From Gammaproteobacteria bacterium (lineage in GTDB: Bacteria > Pseudomonadota > Gammaproteobacteria > Eutrophobiales > Eutrophobiaceae): DNA of 64,000 nt. Both the position numbers and the translations under genes were made by a program. Positions 19,688 through 29,352 of this stretch are shown here, piece by piece. A model generated the notes under the pieces. That model saw only the letters and a program-made list of their open reading frames with translations, was not told the DNA's origin and searched no databases. The stretch lies in assembly GCA_965207165.1 (NCBI GenBank), contig OZ242265.1, positions 3,627,373-3,691,372 of the forward strand, given 5' to 3'. Positions within the stretch are counted from its first letter, which is position 1, and the number at the start of each line of letters is the position of its first letter.

Positions 19688-20233
19688 ATGTTGATCAAAA
19701 ACACCTTGTCCCGTTTCGGCCTGTGCAGCAAGCTGCTGCACTGGCTGATCGCGATTCTCATTCTCGGCCTGATCTGGCTGGGCTGGTACATGGTGGATCT
19801 GACCTACTATGACAAGTGGTATAACGATTCGCTGCATTACCATAAATCCCTGGGCATCCTGGCCTTGGCCCTGGCGCTGTTCAAACTGGGCTGGCAGAGG
19901 TATACCCCTGCACCGGATCCACTGGCAGATTTACAAGCCTGGGAAAGGAGCGGGGCCAGGTTCATGCACTACATTTTATGGGGCATGATGCTGCTGATAC
20001 CTGTCACCGGTTACCTGATTTCCACCTCCGCGGGAAAACCCATCCAGTTTTTCGACTGGTTTGACCTACCCGCCGTGGTGGACGTGGATGAGGAACTCAG
20101 GGAGCTTGCCATAGACATCCACTACTACCTGGCATACGCCACCCTGTTCCTGGTTGCGGGGCATGCCGGCGCCGCGTTGAAACATCATTTCGTAAACAGG
20201 GACGAAACGCTCAAACGCATGCTATGGAAGTGA
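19688..20233 (+). CDS. Cytochrome b561 family protein (CybB/YceJ-like).
   Basis: Four TM segments with conserved His; the N-terminus reads LLHWLIAILILGL. Confidence 0.8.
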   Translation: MLIKNTLSRFGLCSKLLHWLIAILILGLIWLGWYMVDLTYYDKWYNDSLHYHKSLGILALALALFKLGWQRYTPAPDPLADLQAWERSGARFMHYILWGMMLLIPVTGYLISTSAGKPIQFFDWFDLPAVVDVDEELRELAIDIHYYLAYATLFLVAGHAGAALKHHFVNRDETLKRMLWK

Positions 20234-20241
20234 TACGGTAA

Positions 20242-21612
20242 TCAGCCCAGGGCCAGGTAACAGACCAGGGTTATCACGACCGCCAGTATCAGGTTCAGCA
20301 CGAATCCCCCCTTCACCATTTCCCGGATGGTGACGTAGCCGGTGCCGAACACGATAGCATTGGGGACGGTAGCCACCGGCAGCATGAAGGCACAGGTTGC
20401 CGACATCGCGGCGGGAATCATCATCAATTCCGGGCTGACGCCCACGGCCATTGCCGTTGCCGCGAAAATTGGCATCAGCAACGTGGTTGTCGCCGTATTT
20501 GAAGTAATCTCGGTCAGAAATGTCACGCCCAGGCAGATGCACAGAAGCAGTACGGGCAGGGGAAAGCTGGCCAGGACTGCGAGGTTTTGCGCGATCAACC
20601 CGGCAAGGCCGCTGGATGAAAATGCCTTGGCGAGGGTGATGCCGCTGGCGAAAAGCAACAACATGCCCCAGGGGATATCTGAAGCTGTCTTCCAGTCGAG
20701 CAACCGGTCACCCTTGCCGGAGGGCAACAGAAACATGGTAACCACGGCAGCTAGCGCAACGGTAGCGTCGCCTGCTCCCGGCGTCCCCAACAGGCCCGAC
20801 CAGCCTCCGAACGGTTCGCTGCGTGTTATCCATAACAGTACGGTGATTCCGAATACGATAAGCACGCGCACCTCGTTCGCCTGCCACGGGTCGGCTGCCG
20901 GCAAACTCAGTGTCTCTTTCCACGTGACGTTGCGGGTCAGCCACAACGCCATCAGGGGCAGGCCGCACAAAACCACCGGCAGGCCTATCTTCATCCAGTC
21001 CAGGAACGTGTATTCAAGGCCGGTAAATTCTGTATAGATGCCCGCGAAAATGATATTGGGCGGCGTGCCTATCAGGGTTGCCACACCCCCCAGTGATGCC
21101 GAGTGGGCAAGTCCGAGAACCAGCGCAATCGACAGTGCCTTGTCCTCCACCTGTTTCAGCACCGCCAGCGCGATAGGGATCAATATCAGGGTCGTGGCCG
21201 TGTTGCTGATCCACATGGACAACATCGCTGCCGTCAACATGAAGGAAAACACGATGCGTTTTCCGCTGCCGCCGACCGTATGCAGGATCGCCAGGGCAAA
21301 ACGCCGGTGTACGCCTGATTTTTCCAGGGCTTTCGCCAGCATAAACCCCCCCATCAACAACAGGATCACCGGGCTGCCCAGGCCGGCTGCCGCTTCCCTG
21401 TGCGTCAGGACGTTGGCCAGCGGGAATGCAAAGAACGGGATCAGCGAGGTCGCCGGTATCGGAATGGTCTCGGTGACCCACCAGGTTGCGGTCAGCAGGG
21501 TTATTGCCGCGGTTACGGCGATGACGTATTCAATATCAAAATGGCGCAGCAGGAAGTACAGCAGAATAGATGCCAGGGGAGCTGCAAATAACGTGATTGA
21601 CCTGATTTTCAT
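20242..21612 (-). CDS. DASS/SLC13 family anion:sodium symporter (citrate/sulfate/dicarboxylate transporter type).
   Basis: A polytopic protein with an ISNTATTLILIPIA motif. Confidence 0.8.
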   Translation of the reverse strand: MKIRSITLFAAPLASILLYFLLRHFDIEYVIAVTAAITLLTATWWVTETIPIPATSLIPFFAFPLANVLTHREAAAGLGSPVILLLMGGFMLAKALEKSGVHRRFALAILHTVGGSGKRIVFSFMLTAAMLSMWISNTATTLILIPIALAVLKQVEDKALSIALVLGLAHSASLGGVATLIGTPPNIIFAGIYTEFTGLEYTFLDWMKIGLPVVLCGLPLMALWLTRNVTWKETLSLPAADPWQANEVRVLIVFGITVLLWITRSEPFGGWSGLLGTPGAGDATVALAAVVTMFLLPSGKGDRLLDWKTASDIPWGMLLLFASGITLAKAFSSSGLAGLIAQNLAVLASFPLPVLLLCICLGVTFLTEITSNTATTTLLMPIFAATAMAVGVSPELMMIPAAMSATCAFMLPVATVPNAIVFGTGYVTIREMVKGGFVLNLILAVVITLVCYLALG

Positions 21613-21683
21613 TCTTATAATTCCTGATATCCTGGCTGTTTTCTATTACATTATATTATCAGGGGTATTTCGGAGATATTACA

Positions 21684-22898
21684 ATGCTGTTTACTCGTCG
21701 TGCATTTATGGGCGCAGCGTCGGCTGCCTCCGCGTTGCTGGCCGGCGCCACAAATGCAAAACCTGCTTCTTCGTCACAGGATCCGCTTGGTGTCCGTGCT
21801 GACTTCCCCGGAGTAGAGAAATCCATATTTTTCGATTCAGCCTATACAGCGCTTTCACCCAGGCAGGCAGTCGGGGCGGCGCAGGCTTTTCTTGGTTCCA
21901 TCGGTCACAACCCGCCGAATGTGCCGGAAATGATGCATGAGGCGGGGGTGGTACGTGAACGCTTTGCAGGATTAATCGGCGCAGAACAGGAAGAGATTGG
22001 ACTGCTCTATGCGACCAGCGACGGAGAGAACATCGTCTCACGGGCGTTGAACATGCAGGCAGGTGACAACGTGGTCATTGACGATCTTCATTACCAGTCC
22101 ACCTATGTCCTCTACCAGCACCTGAAGGAAAAACTCGGGATCGAAGTGCGCATCGTGCAGAATATAAGCGGAGCAACGCCGCCGGAGTTGTTTGCGCCGC
22201 ATGTGGACGAACGCACGCGATTGATCTCCGTATCCTGGGTGTCGCATTTCAACGGTTATCGCCAGGACCTGCAGGCCCTGGCGGATCTTGTTCACGAGCA
22301 CGGCGGTTACCTGTATGCCGACGCCATACAGGGCATAGGCATGCTGGACCTGGATGTGAAAGCCGTCGACGTCGATTTCCTCACCAGTGGCAGCTATAAA
22401 TGGTTGCTGGCAGGTTATGGCGTGGCGCCGTTTTATGTACGCAAAGAGCTTATGGACCTGGTGGGCACGGACCGTTCCGGTGGTTTCCAGGCGGCCGAGA
22501 CGCTGGGCGCTCATCAATACAGGCTCCACACGGATGCACGCAAGTACCAGTACGCCACCATGTCGTTCGGTGCCGTCTATCACCTCAATGCGGCGCTGGA
22601 GTATATTCACGGGATTGGCGTCGCCAATATTGAGCGCCACACGGTCGGCCTGGCCCATCGGCTTCGCCAGGGCCTGGCATCCCAGGGATTTGACATCGAC
22701 ACACCAGCCGGCAATGCCGCGTCTATTGTCACGTTTCAACACGGGAGAGACGCCAGGGATGTTCGACACGATCTCAAGGCAGGCGGGGTTAAAATAAACA
22801 TCAGCGACAACCAGCCCCATCTCCGGGTCGGTATCGCGCTTTATAACAATGCAGAGGAAGTAGATCGGTTTCTCCAGTTGACCGGTAACTGGAAGTAG
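21684..22898 (+). CDS. Class V aminotransferase-fold PLP enzyme with a twin-arginine (Tat) signal.
   Basis: An N-terminal TRRAFMGAASAASALLAGA Tat motif and a SGSYKWLLAGYGVAPFYV class-V (cysteine desulfurase/selenocysteine lyase-like) block. Confidence 0.7.
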   Translation: MLFTRRAFMGAASAASALLAGATNAKPASSSQDPLGVRADFPGVEKSIFFDSAYTALSPRQAVGAAQAFLGSIGHNPPNVPEMMHEAGVVRERFAGLIGAEQEEIGLLYATSDGENIVSRALNMQAGDNVVIDDLHYQSTYVLYQHLKEKLGIEVRIVQNISGATPPELFAPHVDERTRLISVSWVSHFNGYRQDLQALADLVHEHGGYLYADAIQGIGMLDLDVKAVDVDFLTSGSYKWLLAGYGVAPFYVRKELMDLVGTDRSGGFQAAETLGAHQYRLHTDARKYQYATMSFGAVYHLNAALEYIHGIGVANIERHTVGLAHRLRQGLASQGFDIDTPAGNAASIVTFQHGRDARDVRHDLKAGGVKINISDNQPHLRVGIALYNNAEEVDRFLQLTGNWK

Positions 22899-22929
22899 CA
22901 TTGATTATCTTCACGTATCGATTGACCTC

Positions 22930-23802
22930 ATGAATTACGCGGTCAAATATATCCTGCTAACACTATTGCTGACTCCGTACACTCCGCCCGCGGCAAGCCA
23001 GGAGTGTACGCCGGATGATTTTCCCGAACATTATATGCAGGTGTATGAAACCCGGGGACTGCTTGACCGGTGCTACGCGCAACTCATCGATACCCTGGAT
23101 GACGCCCGGGCTGTCCAGGCAGACCTGGTCGGCCTGATGGCCGGCAGCTATCAGCATGCCGGTTACAAAGTGGGACTCACGGACACGAAAGCACAGGAAA
23201 TGTTTGGCATACCCCAACCGCTGGTCGGTGTCCTGTTCAAGGAGATGTTACTGCCGGATGGTGCGACGATCGCACTGGATTCCGCCACGTCGCTGCTGGT
23301 GGAACTGGACCTGCTGGCGCGGGTAAACTCGGCTGAGATTAACCAGGCCGTATCAATTGAAGACGTTGCCCGTCATATCGATGCAATCATACCGTTCATT
23401 GAATTACCCGATGCGTTGTTCAGGCTTGACGGCGGCAACGCGGCAGCGCTGTTACTGGCCGGCAATGTAGGCTCCAGGTGGGGTGTCACCGGTACCCCCG
23501 TAATAGTAGCTGATGCGCAGGACCTGGTCGAACACCTCCCCACCATGACATTTCACCTGGAGACGGATACGGGAGCGATATTACGCCAGGGGCAGGGAAG
23601 CCAGATTTTGGGACACCCGTTGAATTCCGTCCTGTTTTTACTGAAGGAACTGGCCCTGAGAAATGAAACACTGAAGCCCGGGCAGATAATCAGCCTGGGC
23701 GCCATCGGCGGACCGGTGAAGGCAGAGCAGGGCAGGCGTTATACCGCGAAATATTCAGGTTACGGCGGGAAGGAATTCAGCGTATCCGTCACAATCCGAT
23801 AG
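22930..23802 (+). CDS. 2-keto-4-pentenoate hydratase-like (MhpD/HpaH fold) protein with a signal peptide.
   Basis: A C-terminal ISLGAIGGPVKAEQGRRYTAKYSGYG block resembling the MhpD family, and a hydrophobic N-terminal leader. Confidence 0.5.
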   Translation: MNYAVKYILLTLLLTPYTPPAASQECTPDDFPEHYMQVYETRGLLDRCYAQLIDTLDDARAVQADLVGLMAGSYQHAGYKVGLTDTKAQEMFGIPQPLVGVLFKEMLLPDGATIALDSATSLLVELDLLARVNSAEINQAVSIEDVARHIDAIIPFIELPDALFRLDGGNAAALLLAGNVGSRWGVTGTPVIVADAQDLVEHLPTMTFHLETDTGAILRQGQGSQILGHPLNSVLFLLKELALRNETLKPGQIISLGAIGGPVKAEQGRRYTAKYSGYGGKEFSVSVTIR

Positions 23803-23812
23803 CTGAGGCGCG

Positions 23813-24397
23813 TTAAATCATCCGTAACAGTTCTTCCGACGTCATCACCCGGGCGCTCCAGTCATCCAGGATCCCGAAGTAGATGTCCGAATGGGGTTCC
23901 CAGGGCGCCGCGCCGGTACAGTCCTTGATGACCACTGTCGGAATGTCCCGGGCAAAGGCATCTCTTGCGGTACTGCTGACGGCGTTATTCACACTTAAAC
24001 CACATAGCAGCAAAACATCGATATCCAGGGATTTCAGTATGTCAGGAAGACCGTCTCCCCAGAATGCGCTGGGACGGTTACGGCTGATAAAAATCTCCGA
24101 ATCCCGGGTGTGCAGGCGACTGTCCCATGCCATCCACCTGGAACCCGCGCAGAAATACCCCTGTTTCACGAGAGGATTATCCTTCAGCAGTCCTGCGTCC
24201 GAAAGGTCATCGGCCAGCACATAGCTGGAATAAACAATGGGCAGGCGCTTGTCTCTCAGGGTTGTTACCAGGCCGTTTACGTTCTCGATTAATGAAGCCG
24301 CTGCAACATTTTTCAGAGGACCGTCGGCGCTGGTAAAGAGTTCCTGCAGGTCCAGGACCAGCGCCAGGGGCCGCGAATTTTCCAGGCTGAACTGCAT
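23813..24397 (-). CDS. Isochorismatase-family cysteine hydrolase.
   Basis: LALVLDLQELF (a family-type DxQ block) and its length. Confidence 0.7.
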   Translation of the reverse strand: MQFSLENSRPLALVLDLQELFTSADGPLKNVAAASLIENVNGLVTTLRDKRLPIVYSSYVLADDLSDAGLLKDNPLVKQGYFCAGSRWMAWDSRLHTRDSEIFISRNRPSAFWGDGLPDILKSLDIDVLLLCGLSVNNAVSSTARDAFARDIPTVVIKDCTGAAPWEPHSDIYFGILDDWSARVMTSEELLRMI

Positions 24398-24427
24398 GAA
24401 TGAGGGTGGACCCCGGCAGCAGACAAA

Positions 24428-25420
24428 TTATTTAATTGCAAACGGCCGGGCGGGTGAACCCGTCGCGCCCTTGAACGGTATGGCGCCGAAGACAAAGGCG
24501 AATTCATACACCTGGTCCTGCAACAAGGCGCTGAAGTCTATGTTTTCCATGATATAGATACCGTTTTCCACCAGGAATTTCTGGTGGTTCGGGGCAAATT
24601 GGGTCGGGTCCGGTCCGGGTATGGCCTCTACCGCCCAATTATCCGTGCCGACCAGGATGACTTTTTTGTCCACCACCCAGTCACCCGCCTTGTCCGTCAG
24701 GCCCGGTACGCAACTGTTGAATTTTTTATTGTCGGTCTTCCACAGGGTTCCCCAGCCGGTGTAATAGAATAACGCGTCACCGGGCTGGATGGCGCTTTCA
24801 TCCATTCCCTGTCTGTTCAGCGCTGCGTGCAGGTCGCCAAGCGTGACTTCTTCCGTGCATTCCAGCATGCGCCCTTTTAATCCGGCGATATCAATGAGTA
24901 TGCCGCGGGTAAAGATCGGTACGACATGTTCCACACCCAGTTTGCTGAACCCGCGCCCTGTGCCGATCTCGGCATGGCTGTGACCATTGTAGTAGCGCAC
25001 CTCGTTCAGGTCTCCCGGTTTGCCCATGACCGTTGCCATGTGGCTGAGCGAGTCGAATTGTGTCCCGTCCTGGGTGATATGCCCGGCGATGTAGTCCTCA
25101 TTCCAGGCCAGCCTGTTGTCTCCCATGGGTCCCCAGGAAGTGGCGCCCGGGACGGTCAGGGAGTATTTGCGGTGTTGCGGAGTCAGGTCGAACAAGGGCA
25201 TGTCTTCCTCAAACACACGGCCCATGTCATAAATCTTTCCCTCGGTAATCAGACCCGCGGCGGCCAGTACCTTGGCCGGCGTCAACCGGTTCAACGCACC
25301 CAGCTGGTCGTCTGCCCCCCACTCGGATGGCCACCATTTGGTTTCGGGAGCATCGGCGGAACAGGTCAGATTTACCAGCAGGCAACAACAGGTTATTGTC
25401 AGGAAAGTGTGTTTTATCAT
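24428..25420 (-). CDS. Cyclase-family protein (kynurenine formamidase-like fold) with a signal peptide.
   Basis: WGADDQLGALN and HITQDGTQFDSLSHM cyclase-type motifs. Confidence 0.7.
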   Translation of the reverse strand: MIKHTFLTITCCCLLVNLTCSADAPETKWWPSEWGADDQLGALNRLTPAKVLAAAGLITEGKIYDMGRVFEEDMPLFDLTPQHRKYSLTVPGATSWGPMGDNRLAWNEDYIAGHITQDGTQFDSLSHMATVMGKPGDLNEVRYYNGHSHAEIGTGRGFSKLGVEHVVPIFTRGILIDIAGLKGRMLECTEEVTLGDLHAALNRQGMDESAIQPGDALFYYTGWGTLWKTDNKKFNSCVPGLTDKAGDWVVDKKVILVGTDNWAVEAIPGPDPTQFAPNHQKFLVENGIYIMENIDFSALLQDQVYEFAFVFGAIPFKGATGSPARPFAIK

Positions 25421-25494
25421 GATCGTTTTCCGGAAGATGAACTGAATTCAAGGTACAGTATAATTAAGAATTAATTCTTAATTATTTTTTTGCG

Positions 25495-26253
25495 ATGGTT
25501 AAACGGTTTCAGGATAAAACGGTATTGATACTGGGGGCTACCAGCGGGATCGGCAGGACTACGGCCCTGCTGTTCGCCGGAGAAGGCGCCAACGTGGTGA
25601 TAGGTGGGCGCAACGCGGACGGCGGCAACGAAGTGGTGCGTTCCATCGAGGCGATGGATGGCAACGGCCTGTACGTACAGACGGATGTCACCGACCTGGG
25701 CGCGATGCAGAATGCAGTGGACAGGACAGTCGACACATTTGGCGGTCTGAACGTAGCGTTCAACAATGCCGGGCTGGCCGGTACGGGAAACAAGACCGCC
25801 GATGAGAGCGAGGCAGACTGGCTGGATATGGTCAATACCAAGTTGAACGGCGTGTGGCGCGGGATGAAATGCCAGATACCGGCCATACTCGAGTCCGGTG
25901 GCGGATCGATTGTCAACATGGCGGGCAACTGGGGCCTGATCGGGTTTCCCAGCTACGCCGCGTACTGTGCCGCGGCCCACGGGGTCATGGGTCTGACCAG
26001 GGCGTCGGCCATGGAATACGTGGGCGCCGGGATCAGGATCAACGCGGTTTGCCCAGGCGCGGTGGATGCCCCGATCCTGGACCGCATGACCGGCGGCAAC
26101 GAGGAGATAAAGAACAGTTTTGCCCAGTCACTCCCCGTTGGCCGGCTTTGCAGCCAGGAAGACATCGCCGAGGCCGTGTTATGGCTGGCTTCCGATGCCG
26201 CGTCTTATGTCAACGGAGTCGGCCTGGTGCTGGACGGAGGAGGGAGTCCTTAA
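25495..26253 (+). CDS. Short-chain dehydrogenase/reductase (SDR).
   Basis: A TVLILGATSGIGRTTA glycine-rich motif and a YAAYCAAKHG-type catalytic region. Confidence 0.85.
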   Translation: MVKRFQDKTVLILGATSGIGRTTALLFAGEGANVVIGGRNADGGNEVVRSIEAMDGNGLYVQTDVTDLGAMQNAVDRTVDTFGGLNVAFNNAGLAGTGNKTADESEADWLDMVNTKLNGVWRGMKCQIPAILESGGGSIVNMAGNWGLIGFPSYAAYCAAAHGVMGLTRASAMEYVGAGIRINAVCPGAVDAPILDRMTGGNEEIKNSFAQSLPVGRLCSQEDIAEAVLWLASDAASYVNGVGLVLDGGGSP

Positions 26254-26326
26254 CCTCTACTGCTGGATTTCCGATTTCCCTCTATTTTTCCCTTGACAAA
26301 GTTATCATTTATGATAACCTGCTCAT

Positions 26327-26644
26327 ATGTCATGGAAGATCACGTTTTTCAACCCCAAGGTCAAAGAGGAGACTTTGAAATTCCCTGACGGGATATTGGC
26401 CAATCTTCTTCATATTCTTGATATCATCGAAGAATTTGGTCCTGATGTAGGAAAACCATATACGGCTTCAATGGGTCATGGTCTTTTCGAAATAAGGGCA
26501 AGAGGCAAGGAAGGTATAGGACGCTCCCTGTTTTGTACTGTTAAGGGTAAAGAAGTAATTATTCTGAAATCCTTTATTAAGAAAACGCAAAAGACTCCTC
26601 AGAAAGAGATCGAGATAGCCCGTAAACGCATGAAAGAAATTTAA
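26327..26644 (+). CDS. higB: Type II toxin, RelE/ParE superfamily, HigB/Gp49-like.
   Basis: The KKTQKTP motif and toxin-first gene order with an XRE partner. The locus is low-GC. Confidence 0.8.
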   Translation: MSWKITFFNPKVKEETLKFPDGILANLLHILDIIEEFGPDVGKPYTASMGHGLFEIRARGKEGIGRSLFCTVKGKEVIILKSFIKKTQKTPQKEIEIARKRMKEI

Positions 26645-26645
26645 A

Positions 26646-26951
26646 ATGGCAAGACCAACGTACAAATCATTCAAGACTGAAGCATTTAAGAAAAAAGGAG
26701 TAAAAGAGACGTATGCTGAGCTTGCCCCAGCTTATGAAGTCCGCAAAAAAATCATTGCCTTACGTAAAAAAGCGGGCTACACGCAGGAACAAATAGCAGA
26801 GAAGCTACATACAAGCAAAAGCAATATTTCTCGTTTGGAAAGCGTTAATTCCAACATCTCCCCAAAACTATCAACCCTTACGGATTATGCTGAAGCAATG
26901 GGTTACAAGCTGAAAATAGATTTTGTTCCAGCAAGGCGTTCCGGAAGATAA
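26646..26951 (+). CDS. higA: HTH XRE-family antitoxin (HigA-like).
   Basis: An AGYTQEQIAEKLHTSKSNISRLE helix-turn-helix; there is a 1-nt gap after the toxin gene. Confidence 0.8.
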   Translation: MARPTYKSFKTEAFKKKGVKETYAELAPAYEVRKKIIALRKKAGYTQEQIAEKLHTSKSNISRLESVNSNISPKLSTLTDYAEAMGYKLKIDFVPARRSGR

Positions 26952-26963
26952 AAACCTGTCCCT

Positions 26964-27503
26964 CTAGAGGTTCTGTTTCAGATCATCTACCGGCTTCAGC
27001 CAGTCCTCGTCCATGCTCACCCGCGTCTTTCCCCAGCCTTCCTCGTAGTTGCAGAGGATCTGCTGGGTCAGCGCGGTACGGGTTAACTTCCACTCACCGT
27101 TTATCCTGGTCATCTCGTCGTCATAGTAACCGGCGACCCAGACCGGGTCGTATTCCTTTGTCCTGGAATTATGTACCGTGGCGGCTTCAAACAGGTACCA
27201 GCGCGCCGTGGCCGTGCGGCAGTCGTCGGCGACCTCTATCCTGATGGGAATCAGGCAGTGGAACATCCAGGTGAACGGGTTGACTTCCAGGAATGCGCGA
27301 ATCTCGTCACGCCCCTTTAACACCGTATCCCAGTTGGTGAATTCCATGACCCCATCCTCAGTATACAGGTCGACGAACATGTCGATATCCATCTGCGGGT
27401 CGGCAGCTACCGCGGACCGCTGTTTAAGGTGCCTTATCTCCTCCATGGCTTCCAGTCTTTCAAGGCGTTTCAACAAATCATCGATCTTGTGAGATTCACT
27501 CAT
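26964..27503 (-). CDS. NTF2-like / SnoaL-like domain protein.
   Basis: The composition and length suit the NTF2 superfamily, with an N-terminal LLKRLERLEAMEEIRHL helix. Confidence 0.55.
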   Translation of the reverse strand: MSESHKIDDLLKRLERLEAMEEIRHLKQRSAVAADPQMDIDMFVDLYTEDGVMEFTNWDTVLKGRDEIRAFLEVNPFTWMFHCLIPIRIEVADDCRTATARWYLFEAATVHNSRTKEYDPVWVAGYYDDEMTRINGEWKLTRTALTQQILCNYEEGWGKTRVSMDEDWLKPVDDLKQNL

Positions 27504-27704
27504 GGCATTATCCTTCCTGTTCTCTACAATATATAAAATTCATGGAAACTATAGTATAGTCGTGCAGGTCTAAGGTGACTGTCGGGATGTTTTTTTATAA
27601 CACAGGCAGTAGCGTATCACCAGCAGACATAACTTCAGCTTGATATACGTCACGGCATGCGCCGGAGTTCGTTTCCTGAAGAGCAGACAAAACACCTTAC
27701 AGTC

Positions 27705-28169
27705 ATGGGATCTGCAAATTTACTGAAAAACCTGATCGCGGAATTCGGCGCCTCGATCGGAATCCCCGAGTTGACCCTGGACGAAGACAACCGTTGCAAC
27801 CTCATGTTCGACGAGGTGGCGGTGAGTTTCGAATTGAGCCCGGACGAAGACGCGGTTTACATATACGCTTATCTTGGCGACGTTGTTCCGGGCAATAACA
27901 ATGCCCTGTTCGCCTCCTTGCTGGACGCAAACTACCTTTTCAGGGGCACCGGAGGGGCAACTATCGGCGTGGATGAAGCAAGCGGCAGAGTAGTCATGAT
28001 TCGCTCGGAGGACTTATCGGCCTTGCGTTTATCCCGGTTCTCGTCCCTGGCCGAGGAATTCATCAACCTTGCGGAACTGTGGCAGAAAAAACTGGCTGAA
28101 TTTCCCGCGCAAACCACTCCGGAACCTGCGCCCGCAACACCCGTTGAAGCGCTGACCACGAAAGTCTAG
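27705..28169 (+). CDS. Type III secretion chaperone-fold protein (CesT/Tir-chaperone or YbjN family).
   Basis: Contains LTLDEDNRCNLMFDEVAVSFE...AVYIYAYLGD...LLDANYLFRGTGGATIGVDEASGRVVM, which I read as the class I chaperone pattern. The ORF is open from 27657. Confidence 0.5.
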   Translation: MGSANLLKNLIAEFGASIGIPELTLDEDNRCNLMFDEVAVSFELSPDEDAVYIYAYLGDVVPGNNNALFASLLDANYLFRGTGGATIGVDEASGRVVMIRSEDLSALRLSRFSSLAEEFINLAELWQKKLAEFPAQTTPEPAPATPVEALTTKV

Positions 28170-29257
28170 TCCTGGCGTACCATACCCCTCATCCTCGGCA
28201 TTACACGGTCGGCAAAAAGCTGCTGTGTACGCAGCGCCTGTTCCCGTTCCAGGCCGCCGTAATGACTGATGATTATTGCCTCGTCAAACCGGAAGTCCTC
28301 GTACAATTGTTCCATCTTGTCTCCGACTGATTCCGGTGTCCCTACGTACACAATGTCATTTTCGATCAATTCTTCGTATTCCATTCTGCCGATACTGGGC
28401 ATGTAGTCCATGGTGTAGAACTTGTAGCCGGCGCTGATCAAGCGTTCCCGTTCGGCATCATTTGTCGGCATGATCGTCAACTGTGGCGCGACGTTATAAC
28501 GAACAAAGTTCACTGCAGCCTCTCTGGCTTCGTCATGTGCGGTCGCTTCGTCCTCGTGCAGGTAGATCGCCTTGATGAAGCCGACGCTGGGCGTGGTGCC
28601 GGCGGCTGTACAGGCGTCCCGGTACACGTTGACGGCATCCTTGAATGCCGCACTGGGGGCAGGACCGCCTACGACGATGCCCCATTCCTTCTGCGCGGCC
28701 ATGGTAAACCACTTTGCGCTGGTGCCGACCTGGTAGATTTTGGGAATTGGTTTCTGCACGGGTTTAGGAACAACACTGACGTCCTTGACATTGAAATACT
28801 TGCCATTGTAGGAAAAGCGCTCTTCGGTCCAGGCCTTTTGCAGGATTTCCAGGCTTTCCATGTAGCGCCCCATACTTTCTTCCATGGGTATGTCAGCCGG
28901 ACCGCACAACCACGGATGGCCGCGTCCCACGCCGCACTCGATGCGCCCCCGGGTCAATATATCGACCATGGCAATCTCGCCGGCCAGGACCATGGGATTG
29001 TGCAACGGCAGGGTATGGCACAGGGCGCGAAAGCGCAGGTTTTTAGTGCGTCCGGCCAGGTGCGTGAATACGGCAAGCGGGTTGGGGTTTATCGCAAACT
29101 GTTCGTAGAAAGGGTGCTCCAGCGTTGTAAACACATGGAAACCGTTTTGGTCCGCGTGTATACCGAGCGCCAGCACATCTTCGATCAATTCAGCATGATC
29201 ACGTCCGGGCGGGCATTGAAATTCAACATACGTGCCGAAGCGCAGGGGTGCAGTCAT
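28166..29257 (-). CDS. LLM-class (luciferase-like) flavin-dependent oxidoreductase.
   Basis: The TAPLRFGTYVEF...GRIECGVGRG fold signature. The ATG at 29257 has an AAGGAAAAA RBS. Confidence 0.8.
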   Translation of the reverse strand: MTAPLRFGTYVEFQCPPGRDHAELIEDVLALGIHADQNGFHVFTTLEHPFYEQFAINPNPLAVFTHLAGRTKNLRFRALCHTLPLHNPMVLAGEIAMVDILTRGRIECGVGRGHPWLCGPADIPMEESMGRYMESLEILQKAWTEERFSYNGKYFNVKDVSVVPKPVQKPIPKIYQVGTSAKWFTMAAQKEWGIVVGGPAPSAAFKDAVNVYRDACTAAGTTPSVGFIKAIYLHEDEATAHDEAREAAVNFVRYNVAPQLTIMPTNDAERERLISAGYKFYTMDYMPSIGRMEYEELIENDIVYVGTPESVGDKMEQLYEDFRFDEAIIISHYGGLEREQALRTQQLFADRVMPRMRGMVRQD

Positions 29258-29352
29258 CAGTTTTTCCTTTTTTTGGTTTTTAGTAGTCGGTTCCAAGCCG
29301 ACTTGCAATCCATTATACTATACTGACGAGAACCTGCGTGGAGGAGGAGGAG

